Shown one piece after another: positions 28,829 through 39,179 of a stretch of DNA of 64,000 bases; the first letter of the stretch is position 1, and the number at the start of each line of letters is the position of its first letter. The stretch is from Patescibacteria group bacterium (GTDB lineage: Bacteria; Patescibacteriota; Microgenomatia; UBA10105; UBA927), in the NCBI GenBank assembly GCA_035510735.1, contig DATKGN010000006.1:1429-65428 (forward strand). The letters run 5' to 3'. The position numbers and the translations under genes are program-made. Under the pieces are notes generated by a model. That model had not been told where the DNA came from, did no database searches, and worked only from the letters and a program-made list of their open reading frames with translations.

Positions 28829-30181
28829 ATGCCCTATCGGACAATGGATTCGATACATGACTTCTCACACCTCCATGAGCGGCCCCACCCTCATGAGCGG
28901 CTCTTCCGGAGTGAAGTAATTGAACGGGTGATCAAAGAGGTCGCATGTGATATAGCTGATCCCGATATCAGAAAAATGTTTTCCCAGTGTTTCCCCAACG
29001 CCCTTGATACCACGGTCTATTACCACGAGAATGAAAATGGAGGAGGACAAGACTCATTTATCGTAACCGGCGATATACCGGCTATGTGGCTACGGGACAG
29101 CACCAACCAGATTTGGCCATATCTGCGCTATATAAATGACGATCCGGAACTTAAGAATCTATTCATTGGACTTATTCACCGTCAGGCACGAAGTATCGCC
29201 ATAGATCCATATGCGAACGCATTTGAGCAAAATTTTGAAATCTGGGAACGGAAGTATGAGCTTGACAGCCTCTGTTCATTTTTCCGATTATCAAGCGGCT
29301 ACTTTGAAACAACTGGCGATATCGCTCCTTTTAATAATCACTGGTTAAACGCGGTTAATAAGAGCCTCCAAGTCATCCATCTCGAGCAAAATACGCTCAA
29401 TAAGGAAAATTTGGAGCTCCTCTTCACATACCGCACGAAATCCGGCCACCACCATCCTGCTATCCGTCTCATGGGATACGGCTATCCCGGACGGCACTCT
29501 GGACTCTCACGGTGCGTATTCCGCCCGTCTGACGATGAGACCGTATTTCCGTATCACATCGCGGCAAACGCAATGGCTGTCGTCTTTTTACGGAAAATCG
29601 CTGTAATTCTCGATAAAATTTCTGCATTTGAAACCGCAAAACTCGCTTCGACGCTCGCTCACCAAATCGATGAAGGGATTAAACACTTAGGCGTTGTCCA
29701 TCATAAACATTTCGAGGAAATCTATGCATACGAAGTCGACGGTTTCGGATCGGCCTGCATCATGGATGATCCGAACGTTCCGAGTTTACTCAGTCTGCCA
29801 TACCTCGGATATACAACCGTCGATGACCCCATATATCAACATACGAGAGCGCTTGCCCTAAGCGACTGGAATTCGTTTTTCACTCACGGGAAGATTGCCT
29901 GCGGTATCAGCTCGCCGCACGTAGGTGTTTGTGATAAATTCTGGCCGATGGCAACGATCGTCCAGGCGCTCACGTCGACGGACCCCGACGAAATCAAATC
30001 CTGTCTCGCAATCCTCAAAAAAACACATGCAGGGACATTTTTTATCCATGAAAGCGTCCATGTGGATGATTCGCACCACTACACACGCCACTGGTTCTCC
30101 TGGGCAAATTCACTGTTCGGGGAACTCATTCTCACACTTCGGGAAACACACCCTGAGGTACTCCACACGATTTTACCCTGA
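28829..30181 (+). CDS. Glycoside hydrolase family 125 (metal-independent alpha-mannosidase)
   Basis: [62 protein letters not shown]. Confidence 0.92.
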   Translation: MPYRTMDSIHDFSHLHERPHPHERLFRSEVIERVIKEVACDIADPDIRKMFSQCFPNALDTTVYYHENENGGGQDSFIVTGDIPAMWLRDSTNQIWPYLRYINDDPELKNLFIGLIHRQARSIAIDPYANAFEQNFEIWERKYELDSLCSFFRLSSGYFETTGDIAPFNNHWLNAVNKSLQVIHLEQNTLNKENLELLFTYRTKSGHHHPAIRLMGYGYPGRHSGLSRCVFRPSDDETVFPYHIAANAMAVVFLRKIAVILDKISAFETAKLASTLAHQIDEGIKHLGVVHHKHFEEIYAYEVDGFGSACIMDDPNVPSLLSLPYLGYTTVDDPIYQHTRALALSDWNSFFTHGKIACGISSPHVGVCDKFWPMATIVQALTSTDPDEIKSCLAILKKTHAGTFFIHESVHVDDSHHYTRHWFSWANSLFGELILTLRETHPEVLHTILP

Positions 30182-31924
30182 CCGGTAAATGACGTTCTCT
30201 TTTACTTCACGTGCATGCGTACCAAATACGGCGTATTGTCCGATCATCCGGGTTCCGCTTGCAACCCGAAGAGCGCCGCCTTTCCAAAATTTTTTCACAG
30301 CTGCAACCCACAAATGAGGATCTTCAGCGACTGTAAACGCGCGATCGAGATTCGTATAATAACTCGTAATCTCCTCATCGCTGTCGGTCGGTCCCTCGAT
30401 TCTGAAGTATGAATCCGGTTTAAGCTGCCAATACCATCCGTCCGGCGTTGAAACATGAGTAATAAACTTGGGCTTCATGCCGGATGTTTGACATGCCTCC
30501 GTCCCCACGATGGGTGTATTGGTCAAATTATGCCCTGCGGGAAGTAGCATAAGCGCGAGTTCTTCGTCCCACTGGGGTAAAAAATGAATTCTTTCCATGA
30601 ACAATTTGTCGCTCGGAATCATGTTTAAAACAAACTCAAGCATCGCCTTTCCCTCATCATCTTTAGGGTGGGCTTTACCGGCAATAAACATGTGCTGCAT
30701 AGGGTGCTTATCAAGAGTGTTCCATAATACGTCTGGTTTACGAAACAACATGTCGCGGCGTTTATACCCAGCCACCCGCCGCGGATCAATGGAAATAAGT
30801 ACACCTCGGGGCAGTGTCACAATGTGGCCAGATTGATCAACTCTGTTTCCAGCGGCAAGATAAGCACCTAACCCTGCAACCGCAAGACCGTGCAGATTAA
30901 TAATCTCATCATCATCTAAACGATCTATGGCTTCGTCAAAACCCTTCTCGACGGGTAAATCGAATTGGTCGATGACGCCGCGCCTGCGAAGAAAATCCAT
31001 TGCAACCTTATCCCACCTATCTCCGTACACCCCATTGGTGATTGCAGTAAATTCAAACGGACGATTATAGTGGGCTTGAAAACTATTTACCGCTGTTTTG
31101 GCGTGAATTTCGCTGACCGCATTGTATCGGCCAGCCAAATGCAGTGCCAAATCCGTGAGTATTAACTCGTTTCCATGATCACGCATAAAGGACGCCAATT
31201 GACTCTTTACCTCGTTGCTTTTTAAATTACTGAATATAAACGTGTCGCACTGATCCCATGTAAATCTTCCTAGTGCCGCCGGCACCAGTGTGTGATTGGA
31301 AAGTATTGTTTTCTCCCTAAGTTTTTGTAGCTCCCGGTCAAACGCTTCCTTCGAATCTCCCGCATCAAGGACAGCATAATCAAGAACGGCAAGCGCCTCT
31401 AAAACAGCAGCCGATTCGTTGAGCCTATGATATGCGGGTTCGCCCATAGTCCCCTTCTCAATAAGTTCGCGGATGACCTGAGCTGCGCCAAATCCCAATA
31501 CCGCCTCGTGCCAAAGACGCGCATTGCTCCACGGTTCTTCAGGGTATACTTCACCAGCGACACGAAACAGAAGGAGTTGCCCCCGGTCGCTGCCGATCGG
31601 ATACTGGTAAACTTCGATGGGATTATCTTTTCCCCACGCCCCACTGACGACCGGATGAAACAGCATCCTGACCATTCCGACATCTGTCGGAGAGGGCATC
31701 GCTTCTTCGACATCCTCCTGATGGAAGCGGCCATTGATATCGATACCTAACTTTTGGATCTTCCGCTTGTCATATGCCAGTCCGAAGCCGACAAACGGCA
31801 CCCCCCATTTGATATATTCAAGAAGAGTATCACCGAGAAGATATCCTAATCCGCCATTTGCCACCATCGCTGCGATGCCCCACTCCATGGAAACATCGAT
31901 AATCCTATGCTGCGGGTTAAGCAC
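30173..31924 (-). CDS. Divergent alpha-glucan phosphorylase (GT35)
   Basis: SME..GGLG.L.GD, LNE, HTLVPA, NAVS..H, ITNGV, RR...[19 protein letters not shown] (PLP Lys). Confidence 0.8.
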   Translation of the reverse strand: MLNPQHRIIDVSMEWGIAAMVANGGLGYLLGDTLLEYIKWGVPFVGFGLAYDKRKIQKLGIDINGRFHQEDVEEAMPSPTDVGMVRMLFHPVVSGAWGKDNPIEVYQYPIGSDRGQLLLFRVAGEVYPEEPWSNARLWHEAVLGFGAAQVIRELIEKGTMGEPAYHRLNESAAVLEALAVLDYAVLDAGDSKEAFDRELQKLREKTILSNHTLVPAALGRFTWDQCDTFIFSNLKSNEVKSQLASFMRDHGNELILTDLALHLAGRYNAVSEIHAKTAVNSFQAHYNRPFEFTAITNGVYGDRWDKVAMDFLRRRGVIDQFDLPVEKGFDEAIDRLDDDEIINLHGLAVAGLGAYLAAGNRVDQSGHIVTLPRGVLISIDPRRVAGYKRRDMLFRKPDVLWNTLDKHPMQHMFIAGKAHPKDDEGKAMLEFVLNMIPSDKLFMERIHFLPQWDEELALMLLPAGHNLTNTPIVGTEACQTSGMKPKFITHVSTPDGWYWQLKPDSYFRIEGPTDSDEEITSYYTNLDRAFTVAEDPHLWVAAVKKFWKGGALRVASGTRMIGQYAVFGTHAREVKENVIYRSG

Positions 31925-31943
31925 CTCGCCGACTTCAGGTATC

Positions 31944-32375
31944 CTATGAAGTTATCGTAGGTACACTATAAATAGGTTCAGGAGGATTGGTATTTATCAC
32001 AATAATCAATCGATGAATTGTAAACAGTCCTGATGGGGTAATCTCCACAATCGCCGATTGGTTAAATTGCATCGACTTATTCACGTCGTTCTGAAACTCT
32101 CTTAGCAGAGCATTTTCAAGTGTACGTACAGTACCTGAAACCGGCACAAATGGTGTAATAGACGCGAAATGTTTCTGAGGAAGACCCACAACGTCAATAT
32201 CATCATCAGGAGTACCTCCCATACGCGGGAACTCCGGTAACTCCGGTGAACCCATATGTATCGCGCCCACAAGCACACGTTCGGAGTTTACGCCGTAGGT
32301 CTGATCGTACAATAACCTATTATTCTCTCCGTATGCACTTATTTCTATCGACATTCTTCCGTCTTCAAGAGTCAT
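31944..32375 (-). CDS. Hypothetical protein
   Basis: 143-aa ORF co-oriented with its neighbours; no motif recognised. Confidence 0.55.
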   Translation of the reverse strand: MTLEDGRMSIEISAYGENNRLLYDQTYGVNSERVLVGAIHMGSPELPEFPRMGGTPDDDIDVVGLPQKHFASITPFVPVSGTVRTLENALLREFQNDVNKSMQFNQSAIVEITPSGLFTIHRLIIVINTNPPEPIYSVPTITS

Positions 32376-32418
32376 ATATTTGAAACTATCTTAAATAGTA
32401 ACATTAATTAAATGTATT

Positions 32419-33219
32419 TCATGCCTCTTTACTCATATCTTCAAGAACTTCTTGAAATCTGCTATCCGGTATAATCTGATCTGCGGGCAAATAACTATAT
32501 CCCTTATGGCTGTTGATATACTTCTTCTCCCTTGCAATACGCTCCCCTTTAAACGTACCATCACGACCAGGTTTTTCATTATTGCAATGATGATCAATTC
32601 TAATCGCATTAATATGTCGTTTATTATGCCTGTTCAAAAAAACAACAAGTTGTTCGCTTATATCAACAAATAATCGAACCCACCGGAAATACCCCAAACC
32701 CATTCGTTCTTCAAGATAAGTCTCCCGCGACTGATCATCAGGCGGGCCAAATCGTCCTGCATGAAAATCCCTCATTATTAAATATGTATCATCCGGATTG
32801 TGTGAATCTCTCATAGCTTCAATGCTCGATACCGCGAGTATTGGCGGCGTTTTTATAGGTGATCGGGGAATATTTCCGGTCAGCCAATCACGAACACTCT
32901 TTTTAGGTTGCATGAGTTTCTCCGTTTTCGGATGCAAAGGATAATCCTGGTAGATGAACAAAAAAGAATTAGCCTCAAGTCGCATACCCACGGGAAAATC
33001 TGTAAATTCAGGAAATGTATAGACTGAAGCTATCCCTAAAAAGTGGTACCGGGATTTATCAGCTGCTGACTCATCTCTATAGATTTCAGGGTGATCTACG
33101 TATTTCGAAAGAGACCCTAGCGCTATAGGACGGGTAATTTGCCACGTCTTTCTCATTGTTTCTTGTAATTCCGTATCTAATTGAAAATACGTAGGAAGGT
33201 GAGAGGATTCGTTAATCAT
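32419..33219 (-). CDS. Hypothetical protein
   Basis: 266-aa ORF; TTGATT-17-TATAAT promoter ends 6 nt before the ATG. Confidence 0.6.
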   Translation of the reverse strand: MINESSHLPTYFQLDTELQETMRKTWQITRPIALGSLSKYVDHPEIYRDESAADKSRYHFLGIASVYTFPEFTDFPVGMRLEANSFLFIYQDYPLHPKTEKLMQPKKSVRDWLTGNIPRSPIKTPPILAVSSIEAMRDSHNPDDTYLIMRDFHAGRFGPPDDQSRETYLEERMGLGYFRWVRLFVDISEQLVVFLNRHNKRHINAIRIDHHCNNEKPGRDGTFKGERIAREKKYINSHKGYSYLPADQIIPDSRFQEVLEDMSKEA

Positions 33220-33294
33220 AATACTATTATAGGTCTATACCAATAAATAATCAACTACACGATTGATAGTCAGGCATGTGAAGAATTCTCAAGT

Positions 33295-33675
33295 CTATCC
33301 CGTGACGGAGCAAATATGATTGAAGAAAACGACGGTTGATTGATCAATATCAAATTCGATGCCAATGACGTCAATCCGCTCCGCTTCGGGAAGATTAGGA
33401 TGCTTCACAACATAATACTGTGCCGTCTGAATCACTTCACGAAGCTTCCTCGGAGTAACGGACTCCTCCGGTGCGCCAAATGCATGTCCGATTCTCGTTT
33501 TAACTTCAACAAATATGAGTGTATTATCTTTAACACAAATAATATCTATTTCGCCGTAGCGCGCTTTGAAGTTGCGGTCAATGATGCGATACCCGTGTTT
33601 TTGAAGATACGTAACGGCTAAATCTTCGCCAAGTTTACCGAGTTGCTGCTTGTGGGGCGGCAGGTGAAATTTCAT
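33295..33675 (-). CDS. yraN: YraN/UPF0102 family endonuclease-like protein
   Basis: LG..GE..A..YL...GY.I..RN....[15 protein letters not shown]. Confidence 0.92.
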   Translation of the reverse strand: MKFHLPPHKQQLGKLGEDLAVTYLQKHGYRIIDRNFKARYGEIDIICVKDNTLIFVEVKTRIGHAFGAPEESVTPRKLREVIQTAQYYVVKHPNLPEAERIDVIGIEFDIDQSTVVFFNHICSVTG

Positions 33676-34054
33676 CTATTTTAGTAGCTGCTTTCCCAGT
33701 CCTGCGGCGCAAATAATAGAGTTTCGCACGCCGGACATCGCCACGCTTTTTGATCTCAATTTTCTTAATCCAAGGGGAAACAAGCGGGAAAATACGTTCT
33801 ATTCCGACGCTTGCGGTACCGATCCGGCGGACCGTAAACATAATATTCACCCCGTCTCCTTTTATGCCGATAACGATCCCTTCAAATACCTGTGTACGTT
33901 CGTGTGTCTCTTCGTGAACTTCCCGTTTGGTTTTTCCTGAGACTTGTTCTTTCTCAATAAGTTTATAATGTACGCGAACCGTGTCGCCGACATGGATGTC
34001 AACTTTTTTCTCTTTCTCTCCCTCACCACTTACCCAGGTAGCGTAATTTGCCAT
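33635..34054 (-). CDS. rplS: 50S ribosomal protein L19
   Basis: [43 protein letters not shown]. Confidence 0.96.
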   Translation of the reverse strand: MANYATWVSGEGEKEKKVDIHVGDTVRVHYKLIEKEQVSGKTKREVHEETHERTQVFEGIVIGIKGDGVNIMFTVRRIGTASVGIERIFPLVSPWIKKIEIKKRGDVRRAKLYYLRRRTGKAATKIDEISPAAPQAATR

Positions 34055-34062
34055 AGTTTTCT

Positions 34063-34152
34063 TGTCATCCCCGACCTCGATCGGGGATCCTTCTTTCTAT
34101 AAATAGATTCCCACCGGAGTTTATCACGCACCTGATGCGGGGCGGAATGACA
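34063..34152. repeat. REP/RPE-like palindromic element in the rplS leader
   Basis: TGTCATCCCCGAC-CTCGATCGGGGATCC ... GGAATGACA. Confidence 0.7.
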
Positions 34153-34183
34153 CAAAATGTATTATACAATAAGTGACTTGAAG

Positions 34184-35827
34184 CTACAAGGCTAGGATGT
34201 ATTGGAGGAAAATCGGGTGGGGGTCAAGAGGTCTTGACCGGTATTCCGGGTGATATTGCGTTCCGATGAAGAACGGGTGAGTCGTTTTAGGCAATTCTAC
34301 AATCTCAACAAGATTTTCAACGACGGAGCGGCCCGCTAATATCATTCCGCCTTTTTCAAAATCTGTCGCATATTTGTCGTTAAATTCATACCGATGCCGA
34401 TGGCGTTCCCAAACAGTCCGTTTAACACTGTCGTCATATGCCTTATATTTCGTATAACTCCGATCGGCAATCGTGCCCTCTTTTACCTGGCATTCCCAAC
34501 GTCCTAGCCGCATCGTACCTCCATATGCACGACGCTTCAATATCTCCTCCTGACCATGAATCATATGGATAACCGGATGGGGAGTATTGCTATCACACTC
34601 AAGGGTATTGGCCTTCTCGTATCCCAGGACGTTTCGTGCATACTCAACGACAGCCAGCTGCATGCCATAACAAAGCCCCAAATACGGAATTTTATTGACC
34701 CGGGCAAAGTGAACCGCTTTAATTTTGCCTTCAACACCGCGCGGCCCCCAGCCAATAGGGACGATAATCCCATCCGCGTCTTTGAGCTCATCGTGATCGC
34801 CCTTCTCCAGCCGTTCGGCCTGAATCCATCGGACATCAACGTCAATGCCCTCCGCCCAGCTCGCATGATCAATCGCATCCATAAGTGCTGCGTAACTATC
34901 CCGCAGCTGATACTCACCGGTAGCAAAATATTTGCCGACAATCGCAACCGTTTTTTTCTTTGACTTTTTAGCAATGACTTTCTCAATCATGGTGTTCCAC
35001 TTACTGATATCAAGCTTTCGTAGCGGTAACCCTAGCATATCCAATATCATTTCATCCATTTTCTGTTTCGCGAGATGTGGCGCTGTTGAATAGGGTGTTT
35101 TCATATCCACACTGTCAATGACGTGGTCGCCGTCCACACCACAAAAGAGTGCGAACCGTTCGCGGCGGCGTTCATCCATGGGTTTTTCAGCGCGAGCCAC
35201 GATGAAATCTGGTTGTATACCCATGCCATTGAGCATCTTCACAGATAACTGCGTTGGCTTCGTCTTGGGTTCGCCCAAGTGGCTGGGAGTAGGAAGGTAG
35301 CTTACATGGACGTGAACAACGGAATTTTTCCGGTTACGCGTGAGAATCCGCGATGCTTCATAGTAAAGGACATTCTGATATTCCCCTGTCGTACCTCCGA
35401 GTTCAACGATAATGATATCCGATTGTTCTTTTTCTCCGGCTTCTCGAATCCGGGTCAATATTTCATCAGTGACGTGGGGGATTGCCTCGACATCTTCGCC
35501 GTTGTATCCGAAATTCCGCTCACGATGGATAACAGCCTGATAGACCTGACCCATCGTAATAAAATTATGGCGGTACATGTTTTTACTCAAAAACTTCTCA
35601 TAGGTGCCCATATCCATATCTGCTTCTGTCCCGTCATCCATGAGGAACGGGTCACCGTGTTCGATCGGATTGATAAGACCTGCGTCAATATTGAGATAAT
35701 TTTCACATTTTACGGGGGTGACTGAGTATCCTCGACTTTGAAGAAGAAGGGCGATTGATGCTGTTGTGACGCCTTTTCCTAAACCGGAAATCACGCCACC
35801 AGAAACGAAAATATATTTGGTGGGCAT
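34184..35827 (-). CDS. pyrG: CTP synthase
   Basis: KYIFVSGGVISGLGKG, KTKPTQ, GLCYGMQ, ERHRHRYE, QYHPE. Confidence 0.97.
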   Translation of the reverse strand: MPTKYIFVSGGVISGLGKGVTTASIALLLQSRGYSVTPVKCENYLNIDAGLINPIEHGDPFLMDDGTEADMDMGTYEKFLSKNMYRHNFITMGQVYQAVIHRERNFGYNGEDVEAIPHVTDEILTRIREAGEKEQSDIIIVELGGTTGEYQNVLYYEASRILTRNRKNSVVHVHVSYLPTPSHLGEPKTKPTQLSVKMLNGMGIQPDFIVARAEKPMDERRRERFALFCGVDGDHVIDSVDMKTPYSTAPHLAKQKMDEMILDMLGLPLRKLDISKWNTMIEKVIAKKSKKKTVAIVGKYFATGEYQLRDSYAALMDAIDHASWAEGIDVDVRWIQAERLEKGDHDELKDADGIIVPIGWGPRGVEGKIKAVHFARVNKIPYLGLCYGMQLAVVEYARNVLGYEKANTLECDSNTPHPVIHMIHGQEEILKRRAYGGTMRLGRWECQVKEGTIADRSYTKYKAYDDSVKRTVWERHRHRYEFNDKYATDFEKGGMILAGRSVVENLVEIVELPKTTHPFFIGTQYHPEYRSRPLDPHPIFLQYILAL

Positions 35828-35832
35828 AGTCT

Positions 35833-35862
35833 AAGATACCAAAAGTGAGGCTACCGTGTCAA
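35833..35862 (-). promoter_or_regulatory. pyrG promoter, leaderless-type
   Basis: TTGACA-18-TATCTT with TG extension, 5 nt before the ATG. Confidence 0.55.
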
Positions 35863-35884
35863 AGGGTAAAAGTCAATAGGCTTT

Positions 35885-36037
35885 TGTCATTCCCGCTCGT
35901 ATTCTTTGTCATTCTCGTGCCCGCCCGCCGGCGAGGCAGGAAAGCGAGGATCGGTATTCTCGTTAAGGCCTTCAACATTGGATCCCCGATCCCAACTGCG
36001 CCAAGGCTACGCCGGGCGAGGCAGGTCGGGGATGACA
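35885..36037. repeat. Composite REP-like element with nested insertions
   Basis: TGTCATTCCC..GGGGATGACA ends; 35980-36037 is the reverse complement of 34063-34090 with ~30 nt inserted in the loop; GCGAGGCAGG occurs twice. Confidence 0.75.
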
Positions 36038-36670
36038 TTATAATTGTTCAGTTCCGAAGTACCGATCCCCGAAATCCCCAAGCCCCGGCACGATATACGC
36101 CAAGTCATTGAGTTTCTCATCGATAGCTGCAGTAATAACCGGTACATCCGGGTGGTGATCACAGAACCTCTTAATACCCTCCGGAGCAGATACAATAGAA
36201 ACGCTGATAATTCGCTTCGCTCCTTTTTGTTTCACCGCGGTCACGGTATCATCCATTGATCCGCCGGTTGCAAGCATCGGGTCAATGACAAAAACGATGT
36301 GCGTTGAAAAAATCTTCGGAATTTTTTTGTAATATTCACGGGCAATTGCCGTTTTTTCATCCCGCTCCAGACCGATAAATCCGACGGACATGGAGGGTAA
36401 AAGTTCGCGCATAGCAGTGAGCATCGCAAGCCCCGCCCGGAGAACCGGCACAACGACTACTTCGTCACTCAATTTTTTCCCGATAAACGGTGAAAGCGGT
36501 GTCTCGATCTGTTTATCCGTCGTCTTTACGTTTTTCAGCGCTTCAACGAGAAGCACTTTGGAAACAACGTCAGCGTGACGCCGAAACTCTTCCGTCCGCG
36601 TTGTTTTGTCACGTAGAATCGTAAGGGAATGATCTATGAGCGGGTGAGACACGACGGTTACGTTTTTCAT
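36038..36670 (-). CDS. upp: Uracil phosphoribosyltransferase
   Basis: HPLI.H.LT.LRD, VLRAGL, DPMLATGGS, YIVPGLGDFGDR. Confidence 0.96.
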   Translation of the reverse strand: MKNVTVVSHPLIDHSLTILRDKTTRTEEFRRHADVVSKVLLVEALKNVKTTDKQIETPLSPFIGKKLSDEVVVVPVLRAGLAMLTAMRELLPSMSVGFIGLERDEKTAIAREYYKKIPKIFSTHIVFVIDPMLATGGSMDDTVTAVKQKGAKRIISVSIVSAPEGIKRFCDHHPDVPVITAAIDEKLNDLAYIVPGLGDFGDRYFGTEQL

Positions 36671-36673
36671 ACG

Positions 36674-37339
36674 TTACTCAAACCCCATCTCATGACCCCA
36701 TGTTTTGGGGTTTGAGAGGAAGCTATAAACGCTTTTACTTTGTTCCACTGTAATATAATTCTCGGCAGCAGCAGTTTCAATAACGGTTTGAATATTGGTG
36801 AGTGTTAAGAGTTCGATATTTAAATTTGTCACGGTTTCAACAAAACCCGCAATTGTCGACGTCGTTATCGCGAGACACTGGGATACCTTACCGCCTGCCT
36901 CCCGTATTGCATTAACATTAAGCGCAATACTTTTCCCTGTAGAAACAAGATCTTCAATAACGAGCACATTACTCCCTGATGCAAACTCGCCTTCAATCAA
37001 ATTTTCTTTCCCATGCTCTTTTTTGGAAGATCGCACATACACCATCGGTAATTTAAGTTCATACGCTAACACTGACGCATGTGGAATTGCCGCCGTTGCC
37101 GTACCTGAAAGCACATCGGGTTGTTGCTTTACATATTGTTTAATCACCTTGACATAGTTATTAATAACAACGTTCCACTCCGGATAATGGGAAATAAGCA
37201 ATCGATTATCTGTATATATAGGAGCAAGTAAGCCGCTAACATACCGGAAGGGTTTTTGGGTATTAATGGTTACCGCTTTTATCTCAAGTAGGCCTTTGGC
37301 AACTTCCTGCGCTATCTTTTTGTCAACAATTGTATCCAT
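36674..37339 (-). CDS. pyrE: Orotate phosphoribosyltransferase
   Basis: PF.Y.SG...PIY.DNR, YVR..KEHG, VIEDLVSTGKS. Confidence 0.95.
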   Translation of the reverse strand: MDTIVDKKIAQEVAKGLLEIKAVTINTQKPFRYVSGLLAPIYTDNRLLISHYPEWNVVINNYVKVIKQYVKQQPDVLSGTATAAIPHASVLAYELKLPMVYVRSSKKEHGKENLIEGEFASGSNVLVIEDLVSTGKSIALNVNAIREAGGKVSQCLAITTSTIAGFVETVTNLNIELLTLTNIQTVIETAAAENYITVEQSKSVYSFLSNPKTWGHEMGFE

Positions 37340-37354
37340 ACGTAAAAGTATATA

Positions 37355-38173
37355 TTATCTGTACTGATTTATCTGATCACGTAGTTTTAGAGCCTCTTCG
37401 CGGGCTTTTTGTGCAAAATCCGCACCCGTTGAGGCGAAAAGGATTCCTCGCGATGAATTGATAATAGCGTTTCGTCCATGTCTGTCAACACCGGCCTTCA
37501 CTGTTTTCTTCGCGTCTCCGCCTTGAGTGCCAACACCAGGGATAAGGATCGGCATGTCGCCGGCTATACGTCGCACAATACTAAGTTCGGTAGGGTAGGT
37601 GGCCCCCACCACCAAACCGCAGTTCCCATTAGCATTCCAGTTCTTAGAAAAATTTTCGGCGACAATCTGATAAAGTGGTTTTCCTTTAACCATCAGGTCT
37701 TGAAATTCCCCGGCGCCGGGGTTTGACGTTCTGCATAGTATCAAAATCCCCTTTTCTTTTTGATCGAGAAAGGGTTTGAGCGCTTCGCCCCCCAGGTACG
37801 GCTGAAGCGTAACTGCATCACCTCCGAGATAATCAAACACAAACTTCGCATATCCGACATTTGTATTACCGATGTCAGCGCGTTTGGCATCAATAATGAT
37901 AACGACGTCGGGATAATGGGCCTTGAGATAATCACACGTCATCTTCATCGCTTCAACGCCGGCTACCCCCCGCGCTTCATAAAATGCCGTATTGAGCTTA
38001 TAGGCGCAAACCAAATCCTGTGTGGCATAAATAATTGCTTTATTAAATGTCGTTTGCGGGTGCGGCCCGTTTCTGATACGCTCGGGAATTTTATCGATAT
38101 CGCTATCCAACCCGATACACAGAAGCGAATTATTTTTTGCAACGATCGCATCTAATTTTTGTCGAAATGTCAT
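37355..38173 (-). CDS. pyrF: Orotidine-5'-phosphate decarboxylase (type 2)
   Basis: LCIGLD, DAKRADIGNT, RTSNPG, VVGAT, PGVGTQGG, NSSRGI. Confidence 0.96.
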   Translation of the reverse strand: MTFRQKLDAIVAKNNSLLCIGLDSDIDKIPERIRNGPHPQTTFNKAIIYATQDLVCAYKLNTAFYEARGVAGVEAMKMTCDYLKAHYPDVVIIIDAKRADIGNTNVGYAKFVFDYLGGDAVTLQPYLGGEALKPFLDQKEKGILILCRTSNPGAGEFQDLMVKGKPLYQIVAENFSKNWNANGNCGLVVGATYPTELSIVRRIAGDMPILIPGVGTQGGDAKKTVKAGVDRHGRNAIINSSRGILFASTGADFAQKAREEALKLRDQINQYR

Positions 38174-38751
38174 GGTTTCCTCCCTTTTACTTCAGTCAAC
38201 ATACGCTCAACGAGTACTCCCGGAGAATTTTCAAAAAACACCACTGCCTTATTTGGTTTTTGAATCTTAGTGTGAAGTTCGCGCAGTCCGTCAGCGACTC
38301 CGCCGGTTCCGGTTAAAACACCTATTACTTTCTCCATATCATAGAGGTTGGTAAACTCATTCATGGTCCCCCACCTACCTGATACGATTATACCGCCATC
38401 ACAATGTGCCGTTGACATGATGTTACGGTATTTTTTCCTCGCCATTTCGTCACGTGCGAGTTCAAAACTTTCCGGCATGTAAATAAGTTTGGCATACATC
38501 GATACATCAATATTTGGATAGACTTTCTGATGGTCTTCTTTGGATAGCTCAGGAGAAAACCCCCATATTTCAATTGGACTGACCGAACGGGCCGTATTTG
38601 CAACCTCGTATGGGACTCCGGCGCAGGCCCCGTTGATTAAGATGATTGAATCCCCTATTTTTCCAAGTTCCATCCCCAGGCTCTTTGCGATCTGTGTCGC
38701 CCTAGGAGATTCATTAACCGCGGAACCGAAAATACCGATTTTGATTTTCAT
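38170..38751 (-). CDS. SLOG/LOG-superfamily nucleotide-binding protein
   Basis: IGIFGSA, NGAC.GVP, RN....CDGGI.V.GRWGT.NEF. Confidence 0.75.
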   Translation of the reverse strand: MKIKIGIFGSAVNESPRATQIAKSLGMELGKIGDSIILINGACAGVPYEVANTARSVSPIEIWGFSPELSKEDHQKVYPNIDVSMYAKLIYMPESFELARDEMARKKYRNIMSTAHCDGGIIVSGRWGTMNEFTNLYDMEKVIGVLTGTGGVADGLRELHTKIQKPNKAVVFFENSPGVLVERMLTEVKGRKP

Positions 38752-38756
38752 ATCTG

Positions 38757-39176
38757 TTACTTGGCGGAAAACAATAAAATGATTCCAAAACTGGATAGTA
38801 ATAGGCCTAAGATTGCCTGTAACGATAGTTTTTCCCGAAGCAACAAGACCCCTAATATTGCTACAAGTGCGACACCACCTACTCGTAATATGGGCATCAC
38901 CGTAGATACCCCGGGGCCGATTTCCAGGGTTTTAAATGAAAAAAGCGTAAACAGTGACACGAACACGCCACCGAGTAACGCGAACATCAAACCCTGTTGA
39001 TTTGTTTCGACCTTGCGGCTGAACAAAAGATAAACAACGACCGTGGTTACAAACGACCCGATTTGAAATATAAGATTGGTAAAATACGGATCCTTGAGCT
39101 GCGATCCGAGTTTACGTAAGATATCGGATATCCCGATAAAACCTACCGCCACAAGTGCGTTTGCAATCCAGTTCAT
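38757..39176 (-). CDS. Small EamA-family transporter (single repeat)
   Basis: Five TM helices, GVS.V.PI, LLREKLS. Confidence 0.8.
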   Translation of the reverse strand: MNWIANALVAVGFIGISDILRKLGSQLKDPYFTNLIFQIGSFVTTVVVYLLFSRKVETNQQGLMFALLGGVFVSLFTLFSFKTLEIGPGVSTVMPILRVGGVALVAILGVLLLREKLSLQAILGLLLSSFGIILLFSAK

Positions 39177-39179
39177 AAA

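Noticed and set aside
35845-36111. 88-aa ORF across the upp-pyrG spacer
   Set aside because: Reads through GC-rich palindromic repeats; not protein-like
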